Positions 31,978-40,560 of a stretch of DNA of 64,000 nt are shown in pieces. How positions within the stretch are numbered: the stretch's first letter is position 1; each line of letters starts with the position of its first letter. Location of the stretch: assembly GCA_963824645.1 (NCBI GenBank), contig CAWGQC010000002.1:6628-70627 (forward strand), given 5' to 3'. A program made the translations under genes and the position numbers. The stretch comes from an uncultured Acidimicrobiales bacterium. GTDB lineage: Bacteria; Actinomycetota; Acidimicrobiia; Acidimicrobiales; RAAP-2. The notes beneath the pieces are model-generated. The model saw only the letters and a list, made by a program, of their open reading frames with translations. It made no database searches and was not told the origin of the DNA.

Positions 31978-33544
31978 TCAGCTGGTTGACGTGCCGGGCG
32001 GTGATCCGTCGTCTGGTGCGACAGACGAAACCGATCGTGACGGTGCATCGCCGGCCATGGCCATGGCACCAACCCGCTCTGCGAATCGGTCCTCGGGGAA
32101 GGCTTCCTCGCCGTGAATGGCCAGGTCGCCGACTTCGAGGATCTCATCCTTGTACCGGGCACCCCGGAGGACCAGACCGATGATCTTCATCAGGATGAAG
32201 GTGATCAGAGCTGACCAGATGATGACAAAGACGGCGGCCCGGAACTGTTCCCACAACTGGTGAGCGGACCCCGTATAGATCAGGCCGTTTACACCGAAGG
32301 GGACGCAGGTCCCCTTGGCTGTGGCGTACTGGGTGGCCGAGGTGGCGATCACTTGCCCGGAGGCGTCCAGATGACCACACCCGTACTCCAGCATGTTCGG
32401 ATCCCCGAATATCCCGAGGAGCAGACCGCCGAAGAAGCCGGCGATGCCGTGGGTGTAGATGACCCCGAGGGCGTCGTCCACCTTGGAGAACGGCCGCACC
32501 TTGGACAGGAAGTTCCAGCCACCCACACGATGCTGGAGCAGATGAGCCCCACGTAGATCGCCCCCTGGCCGTTAACCCAGCCGGCGCACGGTGTGATGCC
32601 GACCAGTCCGCAGATCATGCCGTTGACGGCACCGAGGAAGGTCGGCTTCTTCTCCTTGGAGACCCAGGCGTCCCAGGCCACCCAGGTGAGCAGACCGGTG
32701 GCTGTAGCCAGGTTCGTGTTGACCACGGCGGAGGCCGCACTGGCCCCGGCGTAGTAAGGGTCGCCACCGTTGAAGCCGTTCCAACCGAGCCACAGGATTC
32801 CGGCACCGACTGCCGCCATGACCAGGTTGTTGGGCAGGAAGTGTTGTCGGTCCCGTAGCAGTCGGGGTCCGAGGACCCAGGCAGCCACGAACCCGGACAC
32901 ACCAGCCGACATATGGATGACGTAGCCACCGGAGAAGTCGAGCGCACCTTCTTGGGCGAAGTAGCCGCCACCCCACAGTAGGAAGGCGTCCACCGAGTAC
33001 ACGCAGGTCGTCCACAGCGGCACCAACAGACACCAGGCGCTGAACTTGATGCGTCCGAGCACGCTTCCCGAGGAACAGCAGCGGGGTAATGGCGGCGAAC
33101 ACCAGCTGGAAGTAGGCCAGCGACGCTGTCGGGAAGTGGAACGGGATGATGGTGTTGGCTGCCGAAATTGCCTGGCCCTGTTCACCTTGTGGACTGGTGA
33201 CCGGCCCCGGTTTGCCGAGGAAGTTGTCAATGAAGTGGGTCCAGCCACTGACGCCGGTGAGCTGTGTCTGCACCCCGTCTTTGACCCCACCCCCGAAGGA
33301 GTTGGCACCGAATCCCATCTTGTAGGCCCACAGGAACCAGGCCGAGCATCACGAGCGAGAACCCGGCAAACATCATGCCCAGTACGTTGACCGCCCACTT
33401 TTTCGGGACGATAGACGCATAGAGGACCGCCAGTCCGGGGAGGCTCATCAGCCCGACGAACGTGGCTGCCGTGAGCTGCCAGGTGTTGTCGCCGGGGTTT
33501 AGCCAACTCGGATACGGAACATATGTCACTGCTGCGGCTAGCAC
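31978..33544 (-). pseudogene. amtB: Ammonium transporter (Amt family), frame interrupted three times
   Basis: Amt sequence is split over four ORFs. 33544-frame: GDNTWQLTAATFVGLMSLPGLAVLYASIVPKKW…FSLVMLGL. 33318-frame: MGFGANSFGGGV…FQLVFAAITPLLFLG. 33506-frame: SVLGRIKFSAWCLLVPLWTTCVYSVDAFLLWGGGYFAQEGALDFSGGYVIHMSAGVSG…ICSSIVWVAG. 32526-frame: WNFLSKVRPFSKVDDALGVIYTHGIAGFFGG… Junctions lie at about 33333-33340, 33065-33066 and 32515-32527. Confidence 0.85.
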
Positions 33545-33669
33545 GGTTAAGAGTGCTCCTCTCTTGTTATCACTGCGTCATGGCCAGCCCGCGCTTTCAC
33601 ACAGCATCGGCTTGGCCAAGGGCAAGTCGGGCAGTTTCGGCTTGCCGCCGCAAACAATGCAGGGTGGGG

Positions 33670-33708
33670 ATTTCAGCACGGTCACATCCGTGTTACCAAC
33701 ATGTGAAC
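33670..33708 (-). promoter_or_regulatory. Four 5-6-nt boxes phased at exactly 11 bp upstream of amtB, resembling actinobacterial GlnR boxes
   Basis: The minus strand reads GTTCAC-n5-GTAAC-n6-GTGAC-n6-GAAAT (plus-strand box starts 33703, 33692, 33681, 33670). Compare the GTnAC-n6-GaAAC GlnR consensus. It lies 125-165 nt upstream of the amtB start. Confidence 0.4.
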
Positions 33709-33824
33709 TGATACAAAGTCCCTGCTAAGCGGAGCGGTAACGGCAGGAGGACGACGGAGCCACCGCTCATACGTCATCTGAGAAGAAGCGGAAGCGGGCC
33801 CCGTCAAGGCAGCCCAGCACCGGG

Positions 33825-34517
33825 TCAGCCCGCCTCGAGCTCCTTGCCCCGTTTCGGCTTCGACGCGGGGCGGGACGGAGCTGTAGGGGGCGTGTAGCGC
33901 TTCGACGATGGAGGAGCGGGCCGTGCCGGGCCATAGCCGCTGGAGCCACCTGTCGCTTCGGCCTTGGCGTGCTTGAGCTTCTCCGACAGCCGGTACGCCC
34001 GCACCAGGTACCAGGCCCCACCAATGATGAACGGAAGCCCGAACCCCCAGTAATGGAGGTTGAATACGGAGAGCCCATAAAGAGCCATGGCGATGCCGAT
34101 AAACAGACGCTTTCGAAACCACGCCGAGATCAGAATGATCAGGGCCAGGACCAAGGTCACAGCTCCGAGCTGGGCGTAGAGCGACGGGCTCACGTGCAAC
34201 TTGTCGACCTGGCCGTTGCTGTAGTGGGCACTCGGATCGTGGGCCACCAGGGCGGCGGTGATGACCAACCCGATCGCCGCCGCCACCGGCGCCGCCAACA
34301 GACCGATCAGTCGTTCCTTGTCATTGGCCCGCTTGATCGCCGCCTCGATCTCGGGGATGGTGGTCGGCTCATGGGCCTCGATCTCGACCTTGCCGGTGCT
34401 CTCGTCGATCGGCGCCGGCTTCAGCATCAAATTGCTGATGCTTCCCGTTATTCGTTGCCACCTGGTCATCGGAGGAGAGTCGCCGCCGTCGGACGCATAC
34501 TGGTCGGGGCGGGCCAT
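33825..34517 (-). CDS. Hypothetical polytopic membrane protein
   Basis: Three to four hydrophobic helices (LIGLLAAPVAAAIGLVITAALVA, LGAVTLVLALIILISAWF, LFIGIAMALYGLSVF, GLPFIIGGAWYLV) and a Pro/Lys-rich tail. Start is ATG 34517 or 34469. The upstream part of ORF 33825..35087 is non-coding-like. Confidence 0.6.
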   Translation of the reverse strand: MARPDQYASDGGDSPPMTRWQRITGSISNLMLKPAPIDESTGKVEIEAHEPTTIPEIEAAIKRANDKERLIGLLAAPVAAAIGLVITAALVAHDPSAHYSNGQVDKLHVSPSLYAQLGAVTLVLALIILISAWFRKRLFIGIAMALYGLSVFNLHYWGFGLPFIIGGAWYLVRAYRLSEKLKHAKAEATGGSSGYGPARPAPPSSKRYTPPTAPSRPASKPKRGKELEAG

Positions 34518-34648
34518 GCGCGAGGCTACCGCGGCCGGCTTCCGGCGGGAAACCTGCCGGTGACCAAGAAGCATTCTCCCGGCTTGGTCACCGCAGGGCG
34601 CACCCCCGTAGGGGTGCGCTCGCCTCTGATCCAACCGGCTCTGCGCAG

Positions 34649-35254
34649 TCAGTAGGAGCCGGGTTCCGGCGTCGGCGCACGGCGTCTCCTCTTCCGGACC
34701 ACCAGCGCCACCAATGCCAGGGCGAACAAGATGAACAGGATGATCGGCGCGATGAAGACGTGCCACGAGGCCTGCTGGCTGGCCACCATGCCCGGGGTGG
34801 AGAGCAGGTAGGGGTCGCTCGGTACGACCACGCCGCGGATCACCGTTCCCGGGCGAAGCGAGGTACTGCCTGGGATGTCCTGCTCGTAGCGATGGCCGTC
34901 GATGGTGTACGTCCCTTTGCAGGCGTAGCCGGCGGCGTTCGATCCGCTGCCGCCGAGGAGGCCCAGACATCCCTTGACGGTGACCACCACCGGCACGCCG
35001 TGACGGCGCAGGTTCGTCGTCTGGTCGTTCTTGTGGATACCGACCACCAACAGGACCACGGCGATGGCACCGAGTGCCACCAGGCACACGCCCAGGACCA
35101 GACGTCCGGCCCGGCGTGGGTCAATATCCACTCCGGCCCCACGGAGCCGGGTCAGGGGGAGGTCGGACGAGGGATCTCGAACCAGTTCATCGGGACCGGC
35201 GGTCGTCCCGTCGGTCCGGGAAGGCGGTTCGGAAGTGATCATTGAGCGGTCCAC
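34649..35254 (-). CDS. DUF3592-like membrane protein (TM - beta domain - TM)
   Basis: TM LVLGVCLVALGAIAVVLLVV, then RRHGVPVVVTVKGC…YACKGTYTIDGHRYEQDI…GTVIRGVVVPSDP, then a second TM FIAPIILFILFALALVALVV. Confidence 0.6.
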   Translation of the reverse strand: MDRSMITSEPPSRTDGTTAGPDELVRDPSSDLPLTRLRGAGVDIDPRRAGRLVLGVCLVALGAIAVVLLVVGIHKNDQTTNLRRHGVPVVVTVKGCLGLLGGSGSNAAGYACKGTYTIDGHRYEQDIPGSTSLRPGTVIRGVVVPSDPYLLSTPGMVASQQASWHVFIAPIILFILFALALVALVVRKRRRRAPTPEPGSY

Positions 35255-35385
35255 GGGTCGACTACCAATCGCACCGCGGGCCGGGCCGCTGCGGCACTGT
35301 CGGGAGCGTAGCAGCGACGAAGCCCCTGCTCTCTGGCCGTGTGCGGGTCAACGCGGATCGCCCCACCCTGGGGTAGCCTCCGATC

Positions 35386-35808
35386 ATGAGCGCCAAATCG
35401 GCTCCGTTGGACCTCAAGAGCATCTGGATGTTCTCGGGCTGTTCGTCCTCCGAACTTCGCAAGATTCGGGGGTCGCTCGACCAGGTGACGGTCCCTCCCG
35501 GGAAGGTCCTAGTCGAGGAGGGTCGGATGGGGATGGAATTCTTCCTCATCGTCAGCGGCACAGCCGCCGTCACCCGCGAGGGCAAGAAAGTGGCGACGTT
35601 GGGGCCGGGCAGTTACTTCGGCGAGCTTGCTCTTCTCGACCGGAAGCCCCGATCGGCGTCGGTGGTATCGGAGACGGACATGGACCTGCTCGTTCTCTCA
35701 CAACGCCAGTTCAACAGCCTGTTGGAATCGGTGCCGACCATCTCACGCAAGATGCTGGCCGCCATGGCCAACCGGCTGCGCGAGGCTGACGCCCGCGCCT
35801 ACGACTGA
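35386..35808 (+). CDS. Stand-alone cyclic-nucleotide-binding domain protein
   Basis: GKVLVEEGRMGMEFFLIVSGTAAVTREGKKVATLGPGSYFGELALLDRKPRSASVV is a canonical cNMP-binding beta-roll with the FGE…RSA phosphate-binding cassette. There is no HTH or other output domain. Confidence 0.85.
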   Translation: MSAKSAPLDLKSIWMFSGCSSSELRKIRGSLDQVTVPPGKVLVEEGRMGMEFFLIVSGTAAVTREGKKVATLGPGSYFGELALLDRKPRSASVVSETDMDLLVLSQRQFNSLLESVPTISRKMLAAMANRLREADARAYD

Positions 35809-35845
35809 CGTCGGCCGGCGACCCAGGCGACAGACCCAGGGACGC

Positions 35846-37951
35846 TCACTCCGTCCCCGTGTTCTCCTCCATCGAGGTCTGAGCAACGTTCGTTCCCGCT
35901 CCGACGGGCATCGGTCCGTCGCTCATCGACTCCTCCAGAAGTTGGGAGACATCGAGGACCCGGACATCATCCTCCTTGGCGTTGGCTCGCACCGCGTCGT
36001 CCAGCATGATCATGCAATAGGGACAGGCCGTGGAGACCACGTCGGCGCCGGTACCGAGCGCCTCCTCGGTGCGCTCCATGTTGACCCGTTTCCCTATGTT
36101 CTCCTCGAGCCACATACGGGCCCCGCCGGCTCCACAACAAAATCCCTTCTCGCGGCAGCGCTTCATCTCCACCTGGGTGGCCCCAGGGATGGCATCGATC
36201 ACCGACCGGGGTTCGTCGAAGATCCGGTTGTGACGGCCCAGATAGCAGGGGTCGTGATAGGTCACCGTGCCCCGGTAGCCGCTGCCGGGGACCAGCTTGC
36301 CCGCACTGACCAGGTGGTCGAGGAGCTGGCTGTGATGGATGACCTCGAAGTCCGCTCCGAGGGAGGGGTATTCGTTGGCCAGCGAGTTGAAGCAGTGGGG
36401 ACAGCTGGCGATCACTTTCTTGACCTGGGCGTTGGTCAGGGTCTCGATGTTGGCGCGGGCCTGCTCCTGGTAGAGGTACTCGTTGCCTAAACGCCGAGCC
36501 GGGTCGCCCGTGCAGCTCTCCTTGGGGCCGAGGATGCCGAAGCTGACCCCGGCCCGCTTGAGCATGCGGGCGGTGGCCTGGGCCCCCTTGCGGGCCCGCT
36601 CATCCAGGGCACCGGCGCACCCCACCCAGTAGAGGTACTCGATGTCATCGGGGATGGTCCCCTTGATGACCGGAACCTCGAAGTCGAGCGACTCGATCCA
36701 GTCGGCCCGCTTGGAGGAGCCGAGGCCCCAAGGGTCTCCCTGGTTCTCGATGTTCCGGAGCATCAGGCCCGCCTCGGTCGGGAACCGGGACTCCATCAAC
36801 ACCTCGTAGCGACGCATGTCGATGATTGTGTCGATGTGCTCGATGTCTACCGGGCACTGCTCCACGCAGGCGCCACAGGTGGTACACGACCAGAGGACGT
36901 CCGGATCGATGACGCCGGGGACCAGCGTTTCGACGTCCAACCCGGTGGCCCGGTTGTTGGCCATGACCCTGTCAGCCGAAGCGAACAGGTTGTCGCGGAG
37001 ATCCATGATCAGGAGCTTGGGCGAGAGCGGCTTGCCCGTGTTCCACGCCGGGCACTGGGACTGGCACCGACCACACTCGGTGCAGGTGGCCATGTCGAGC
37101 AGCTGCTTCCACGAGAAGTCCTCGATGCGACCGGCTCCGAACACCACCTCGTCGTCTTCGCCCACATCCTCCATCGACATGTCCGGTGTCGAGGCCAGAG
37201 CACCCAGCGCCCGGGGCCGGCGCGAGGTGGCCACGTTGATCGGGGCCAAGAAGATGTGCAGGTGCTTGGAGTAGGAGACGAAAACCAGGAATCCGGTGAT
37301 GATGGCGATGTTGGCCAGCAGGGCCACCGTCTCGATGACGCTGTTGACGCCGGTGCCCAGGGGGGCGAGGGCCCGGGCCAGGGTGTGAGAGGCGAACGCC
37401 CACCATCCGTAGGGGAAGTTGCCCGTATTGACCTGGGCGGCCCGGTACAGGAGCAGGGTGATGATGACTCCCGAGATCATGAGAAGCACCAGCCAGGCCG
37501 CACCGGTGTGCGAACCGAAGAATCGGGATCGTCGGTTCTCGCGCTTGGGCGAGTGCTTGACCCGGATGCCCACAAAGACACCGAGCGAGACCAGAACGGC
37601 GACGGCGAAGAAGTCCTCTACGAACCCGATCACCGCGGTGTGTCCGATGAGGGGAATGTGGAAGTCGCGCTGGAACAGGCAGCCGTAGGCCTCGAGGATG
37701 GTCAGGAGCAGGATAGTGAAGCCCCAGAAGGTGAAGGCGTGGGCCAAGCCGGGCACGGTCCACTTGAGCAGCTTCTTCTGACCACCGACTTCGGTCAGTT
37801 CGGCCTCCACCCGCTTGGGCACGTCCCGGAATCGGTTGGGGACGGCCGTTTGGCCGGACGAGATAAGCCGGTAGAGCCAGTAGAACCGTCGGCCGGCGAT
37901 GGCGAACATCACTGCCGTAATACCGAGCCCTACGGCGAGTCTGAGGGGCAC
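35846..37951 (-). CDS. Membrane-bound (Fe-S)-cluster oxidoreductase, NarI-like TM domain fused to an HdrD/GlpC-like CCG domain
   Basis: N-terminal five to six TM helices, then CTECGRCQSQCP and CTTCGACVEQCP ferredoxin motifs. Two Cys-rich CCG-type segments follow (ASCPHCFNSL…YHDPCYLGRHN and …CCGAGG). Same architecture as the mycobacterial Rv0338c-type proteins. Confidence 0.8.
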   Translation of the reverse strand: MPLRLAVGLGITAVMFAIAGRRFYWLYRLISSGQTAVPNRFRDVPKRVEAELTEVGGQKKLLKWTVPGLAHAFTFWGFTILLLTILEAYGCLFQRDFHIPLIGHTAVIGFVEDFFAVAVLVSLGVFVGIRVKHSPKRENRRSRFFGSHTGAAWLVLLMISGVIITLLLYRAAQVNTGNFPYGWWAFASHTLARALAPLGTGVNSVIETVALLANIAIITGFLVFVSYSKHLHIFLAPINVATSRRPRALGALASTPDMSMEDVGEDDEVVFGAGRIEDFSWKQLLDMATCTECGRCQSQCPAWNTGKPLSPKLLIMDLRDNLFASADRVMANNRATGLDVETLVPGVIDPDVLWSCTTCGACVEQCPVDIEHIDTIIDMRRYEVLMESRFPTEAGLMLRNIENQGDPWGLGSSKRADWIESLDFEVPVIKGTIPDDIEYLYWVGCAGALDERARKGAQATARMLKRAGVSFGILGPKESCTGDPARRLGNEYLYQEQARANIETLTNAQVKKVIASCPHCFNSLANEYPSLGADFEVIHHSQLLDHLVSAGKLVPGSGYRGTVTYHDPCYLGRHNRIFDEPRSVIDAIPGATQVEMKRCREKGFCCGAGGARMWLEENIGKRVNMERTEEALGTGADVVSTACPYCMIMLDDAVRANAKEDDVRVLDVSQLLEESMSDGPMPVGAGTNVAQTSMEENTGTE

Positions 37952-38013
37952 TGCATTCCTCCTAGCGGGTTACTGAAGAGTAACAAAGCGCGGGCGGGCG
38001 CTTCTCTGAAGGG

Positions 38014-38577
38014 TCACGGACGGAAATTGTCGGCGTACCGGCTCGGGGTCGGGCCCCACTGACCCTGGTACTTGGAGCGCAAGCCGTCCGACCCGTAGGG
38101 GTTGTCGGCCGCCGTGGTCATCTGGAGAAAGCTGATCTGGCCGATCTTCATGCCCGGGTAGACGGTGATCGGCAGGTTGGCCACGTTGGAGAGTTCCAGG
38201 GTGAGGTGGCCGTCCCACCCGGCATCCACGAAGCCGGCAGTGGAGTGGATGAGCAGCCCGAGCCGGCCGAGGGACGACTTCCCCTCCAGACGGGCCACCA
38301 GATCGCTGGGGAGCGTGACCTTTTCCTGGGTGGAGCCCAGCACGAACTCCCCGGGGTGGAGGATGAGCGGGTCGTCCCCGATGTCGACCAGTTCGGTGAG
38401 GTCCTCCTGGTCCTCCCGAACATCGATCACCCGGCTGGTGTGGTTGCGGAAGAGCCGGAAGTAGTGATCGACGTGAAGGTCCACCGAAGAGGGCTGGATA
38501 CAGCTCTCATCGAAGGGCTCGATGACGATGTGACCGGCGGCCAGTGCTTCACGGATAGAGCGGTCGGAGAGAACCAT
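38014..38577 (-). CDS. dcd: dCTP deaminase
   Basis: [12 protein letters not shown]…[17 protein letters not shown]…[33 protein letters not shown]. 187 aa from ATG 38577. Confidence 0.9.
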   Translation of the reverse strand: MVLSDRSIREALAAGHIVIEPFDESCIQPSSVDLHVDHYFRLFRNHTSRVIDVREDQEDLTELVDIGDDPLILHPGEFVLGSTQEKVTLPSDLVARLEGKSSLGRLGLLIHSTAGFVDAGWDGHLTLELSNVANLPITVYPGMKIGQISFLQMTTAADNPYGSDGLRSKYQGQWGPTPSRYADNFRP

Positions 38578-38975
38578 GCCGGACAGACGATAGTGGTATG
38601 CGCATGTGCAGGTGGATGTCCTCTGTGGCCCGGGCCGGCCACCCGGTTTTCGGGGGACCGGGCGTCTCACCAGGCCGGCCGGGGACGCCCCCGCTCGTCC
38701 AGGGAAGCTATCCGTGCGCAGACGGTCTCCAGGTGCGAAGATTGCAACTAGCAGTTGCGGGATCGGTGCCCGGTCCAACGCAGAGGCCGTGTTCGAGCCA
38801 GCGGAGGCCGAATGGACTTTGCGCCGGGAAGGTGGTGCGAGCTCGCAACGTGGCAGACGGGAGGGCGGATTTGACTCGGGCCAGGCGGACGGCACCCGTG
38901 ACGATCGAGGGAGGCAAGGGGAGTCCGGGATGGCGGGCACCCCCACCCCCCAGTCGAGCCCCACCCCCTGCTCGA

Positions 38976-39629
38976 ATGCGGCCCCGGTCTGGTGCCCCGG
39001 TCTTCGCCGATCCTGGCCTGGGGGTCGAGTGGCCGACCTTCGTGACGGGGGGCGACGAGCAGAGGACCCGCTCTTCGGGCGTGCCTTCTCCGTCCCCCCT
39101 TTCGAGGTCGACCGACTCTCCTCTCTCGAGGTCGGCGGACTCGCACCTGTCGGCGGCGGCCGACTCCCCTCCTGCCAGGTCGGCGGACCCGCATCTCTCG
39201 GCCGTCTCGCCGTACGCGTCGCCGGTCCTGGTGGTGGTGGCCGCCTTTGCCATCCTGGAGGGATACCGCTGGTTGGACGTACTCCCGCCGGACGGCCTGC
39301 GACCCTCGGCAGTCGTGTTCGCGGCCGTCACTGTTCCCCTTTTTGCGGCAGTCACCGGTGGGGGTTTCGGCGGGCGACGATGGGCGGCACGGGCGGTCAT
39401 CACAGCAGACTGTCTCCTGGTTGCCGTGACGGTGGTTGCCCTCATCGACCCTCGGGCCCCCGTCGCCCAACTGATGGGATCGACGGACCTGCTGTTCGCC
39501 GTCAGCGCGCTGGCTGCGGTCCTGGTCAACGAACGTTTCACCGACGGCGAGCGATCGAGGACCGACGGGCGGAACCCGGCGACGGAGCAGCCGTCCGGTT
39601 CAGACGGGAGACGGGACGGCTTGGTCTGA
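38976..39629 (+). CDS. Possible small membrane protein with a degenerate Ser/Asp/Pro repeat N-terminus (low confidence)
   Basis: This frame has GC-rich third positions and four hydrophobic segments ([63 protein letters not shown]). The start is undefined. No recognisable family. Confidence 0.3.
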   Translation: MRPRSGAPVFADPGLGVEWPTFVTGGDEQRTRSSGVPSPSPLSRSTDSPLSRSADSHLSAAADSPPARSADPHLSAVSPYASPVLVVVAAFAILEGYRWLDVLPPDGLRPSAVVFAAVTVPLFAAVTGGGFGGRRWAARAVITADCLLVAVTVVALIDPRAPVAQLMGSTDLLFAVSALAAVLVNERFTDGERSRTDGRNPATEQPSGSDGRRDGLV

Positions 39630-40413
39630 CCAGTCGGGATCGGGCTCGAAGAAGTGCTGGAGGATGGCTTCGAGACCGACGGCGAACAGTGTCCACTCCT
39701 GGTCCTCACCGTTACGGCCGGTGGGTAGGACAATGCCCTCCAGATGCGGATCCACCCGCTGACGGAGTGAGCAGCCCTCGGCCAGGGCGGCCGACGGCCA
39801 CGCTCAGTTGGCGGGTGGTCAACGGAGCCCGCACCCGCATCCCGACCAGCCCGGCCAGTGCCACGTAGGCGCCCTCCCACAAGGTGGTGAATCCTTCGTA
39901 GCCCAGCAACAGGGCATCGCCAATTCGCTTCTGGTATCTGACCTGATCGTCTCCTTCGAGATTCTGCGCCGTGGCCAGCGCCCACACCGCCAACCAGGTC
40001 GACCAGTTGGGTGACGCCAACAGGCTGAGGATGTTGGCGGCACCACCGACCCGGCAGACCTCCCGGAGCGACTGACGACGGGCCTCCGGGGTCGAGACAT
40101 CGAGGTGATCGATCAGCGGGCCGAGGGCCCGGATGGTTTCCTCGTACTCGCCCAGCCCGTCGGTGAGGGCGATGGTGGCCAGAACGTCGGCCTGATAGTC
40201 GGCCTGATTCTGCCAGACCCTCCGAATGACCGAGGCGTTGGAGAGGCGCACACCGGTGTCAGCCTCGACCCGGTCGAACACCTTCTTGAATGTGAGCGTT
40301 CCCACCCCGATACCGAGGCCCTCTTCGATGACCAGGACACGGCCTGTCTGCAGGAGACGAGAGCGCAGCTCTTCCCGGCTCTGCTTCGGTTGGCGCTTCT
40401 TCTTCTTTGTCAT
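39600..40413 (-). pseudogene. TetR-family transcriptional regulator with a 1-nt frame break near 39786-39792
   Basis: N-terminal HTH region (LTFKKVFDRVEADTGVRLSNASVIRRVWQNQADYQ) and ligand domain are in the ORF 39712..40413 frame up to …LTTRQLSVAVG. The protein-like continuation ALAEGCSLRQRVDPHLEGIVLPTGRNGEDQEWTLFAVGLEAILQHFFEPDPDW runs in the next frame to TGA at 39600-39602, with far better third-position GC than the annotated tail. Confidence 0.65.
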
Positions 40414-40435
40414 CCGCTGCTCTTCTGCCCGCCAC

Positions 40436-40469
40436 CTACTCTGCCGTCATCTACTCTGCCGTCATCTAC
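40436..40469. repeat. 15-bp tandem repeat (ctactctgccgtcat x2.3) just upstream of the tetR start
   Basis: Read directly. It lies 23-56 nt upstream of ATG 40413 on the tetR coding strand and is a possible operator. Confidence 0.85.
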
Positions 40470-40522
40470 GAACAAGGGGCCTCTGCCCGTCAGCAGAACG
40501 GGGCTCCCTCCGTTGCTGGACT

Positions 40523-40547
40523 ACGGGGACGAACGGGGACGAACGGA
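40523..40547. repeat. 10-bp tandem repeat (acggggacga x2.5) in the tetR / cNMP-protein spacer
   Basis: Read directly at 40523-40547. Confidence 0.8.
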
Positions 40548-40560
40548 GGCCGACCCGAGC

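Noticed and set aside
38606-39985. 420-aa plus-strand (38606..39868) and 425-aa minus-strand (38708..39985) ORFs
   Set aside because: Extremely Arg/Gly/Pro/Ser-rich, with no domains. They run through the TetR 3' region and the dcd upstream region, and third-position GC is poorer than in the alternative frame.
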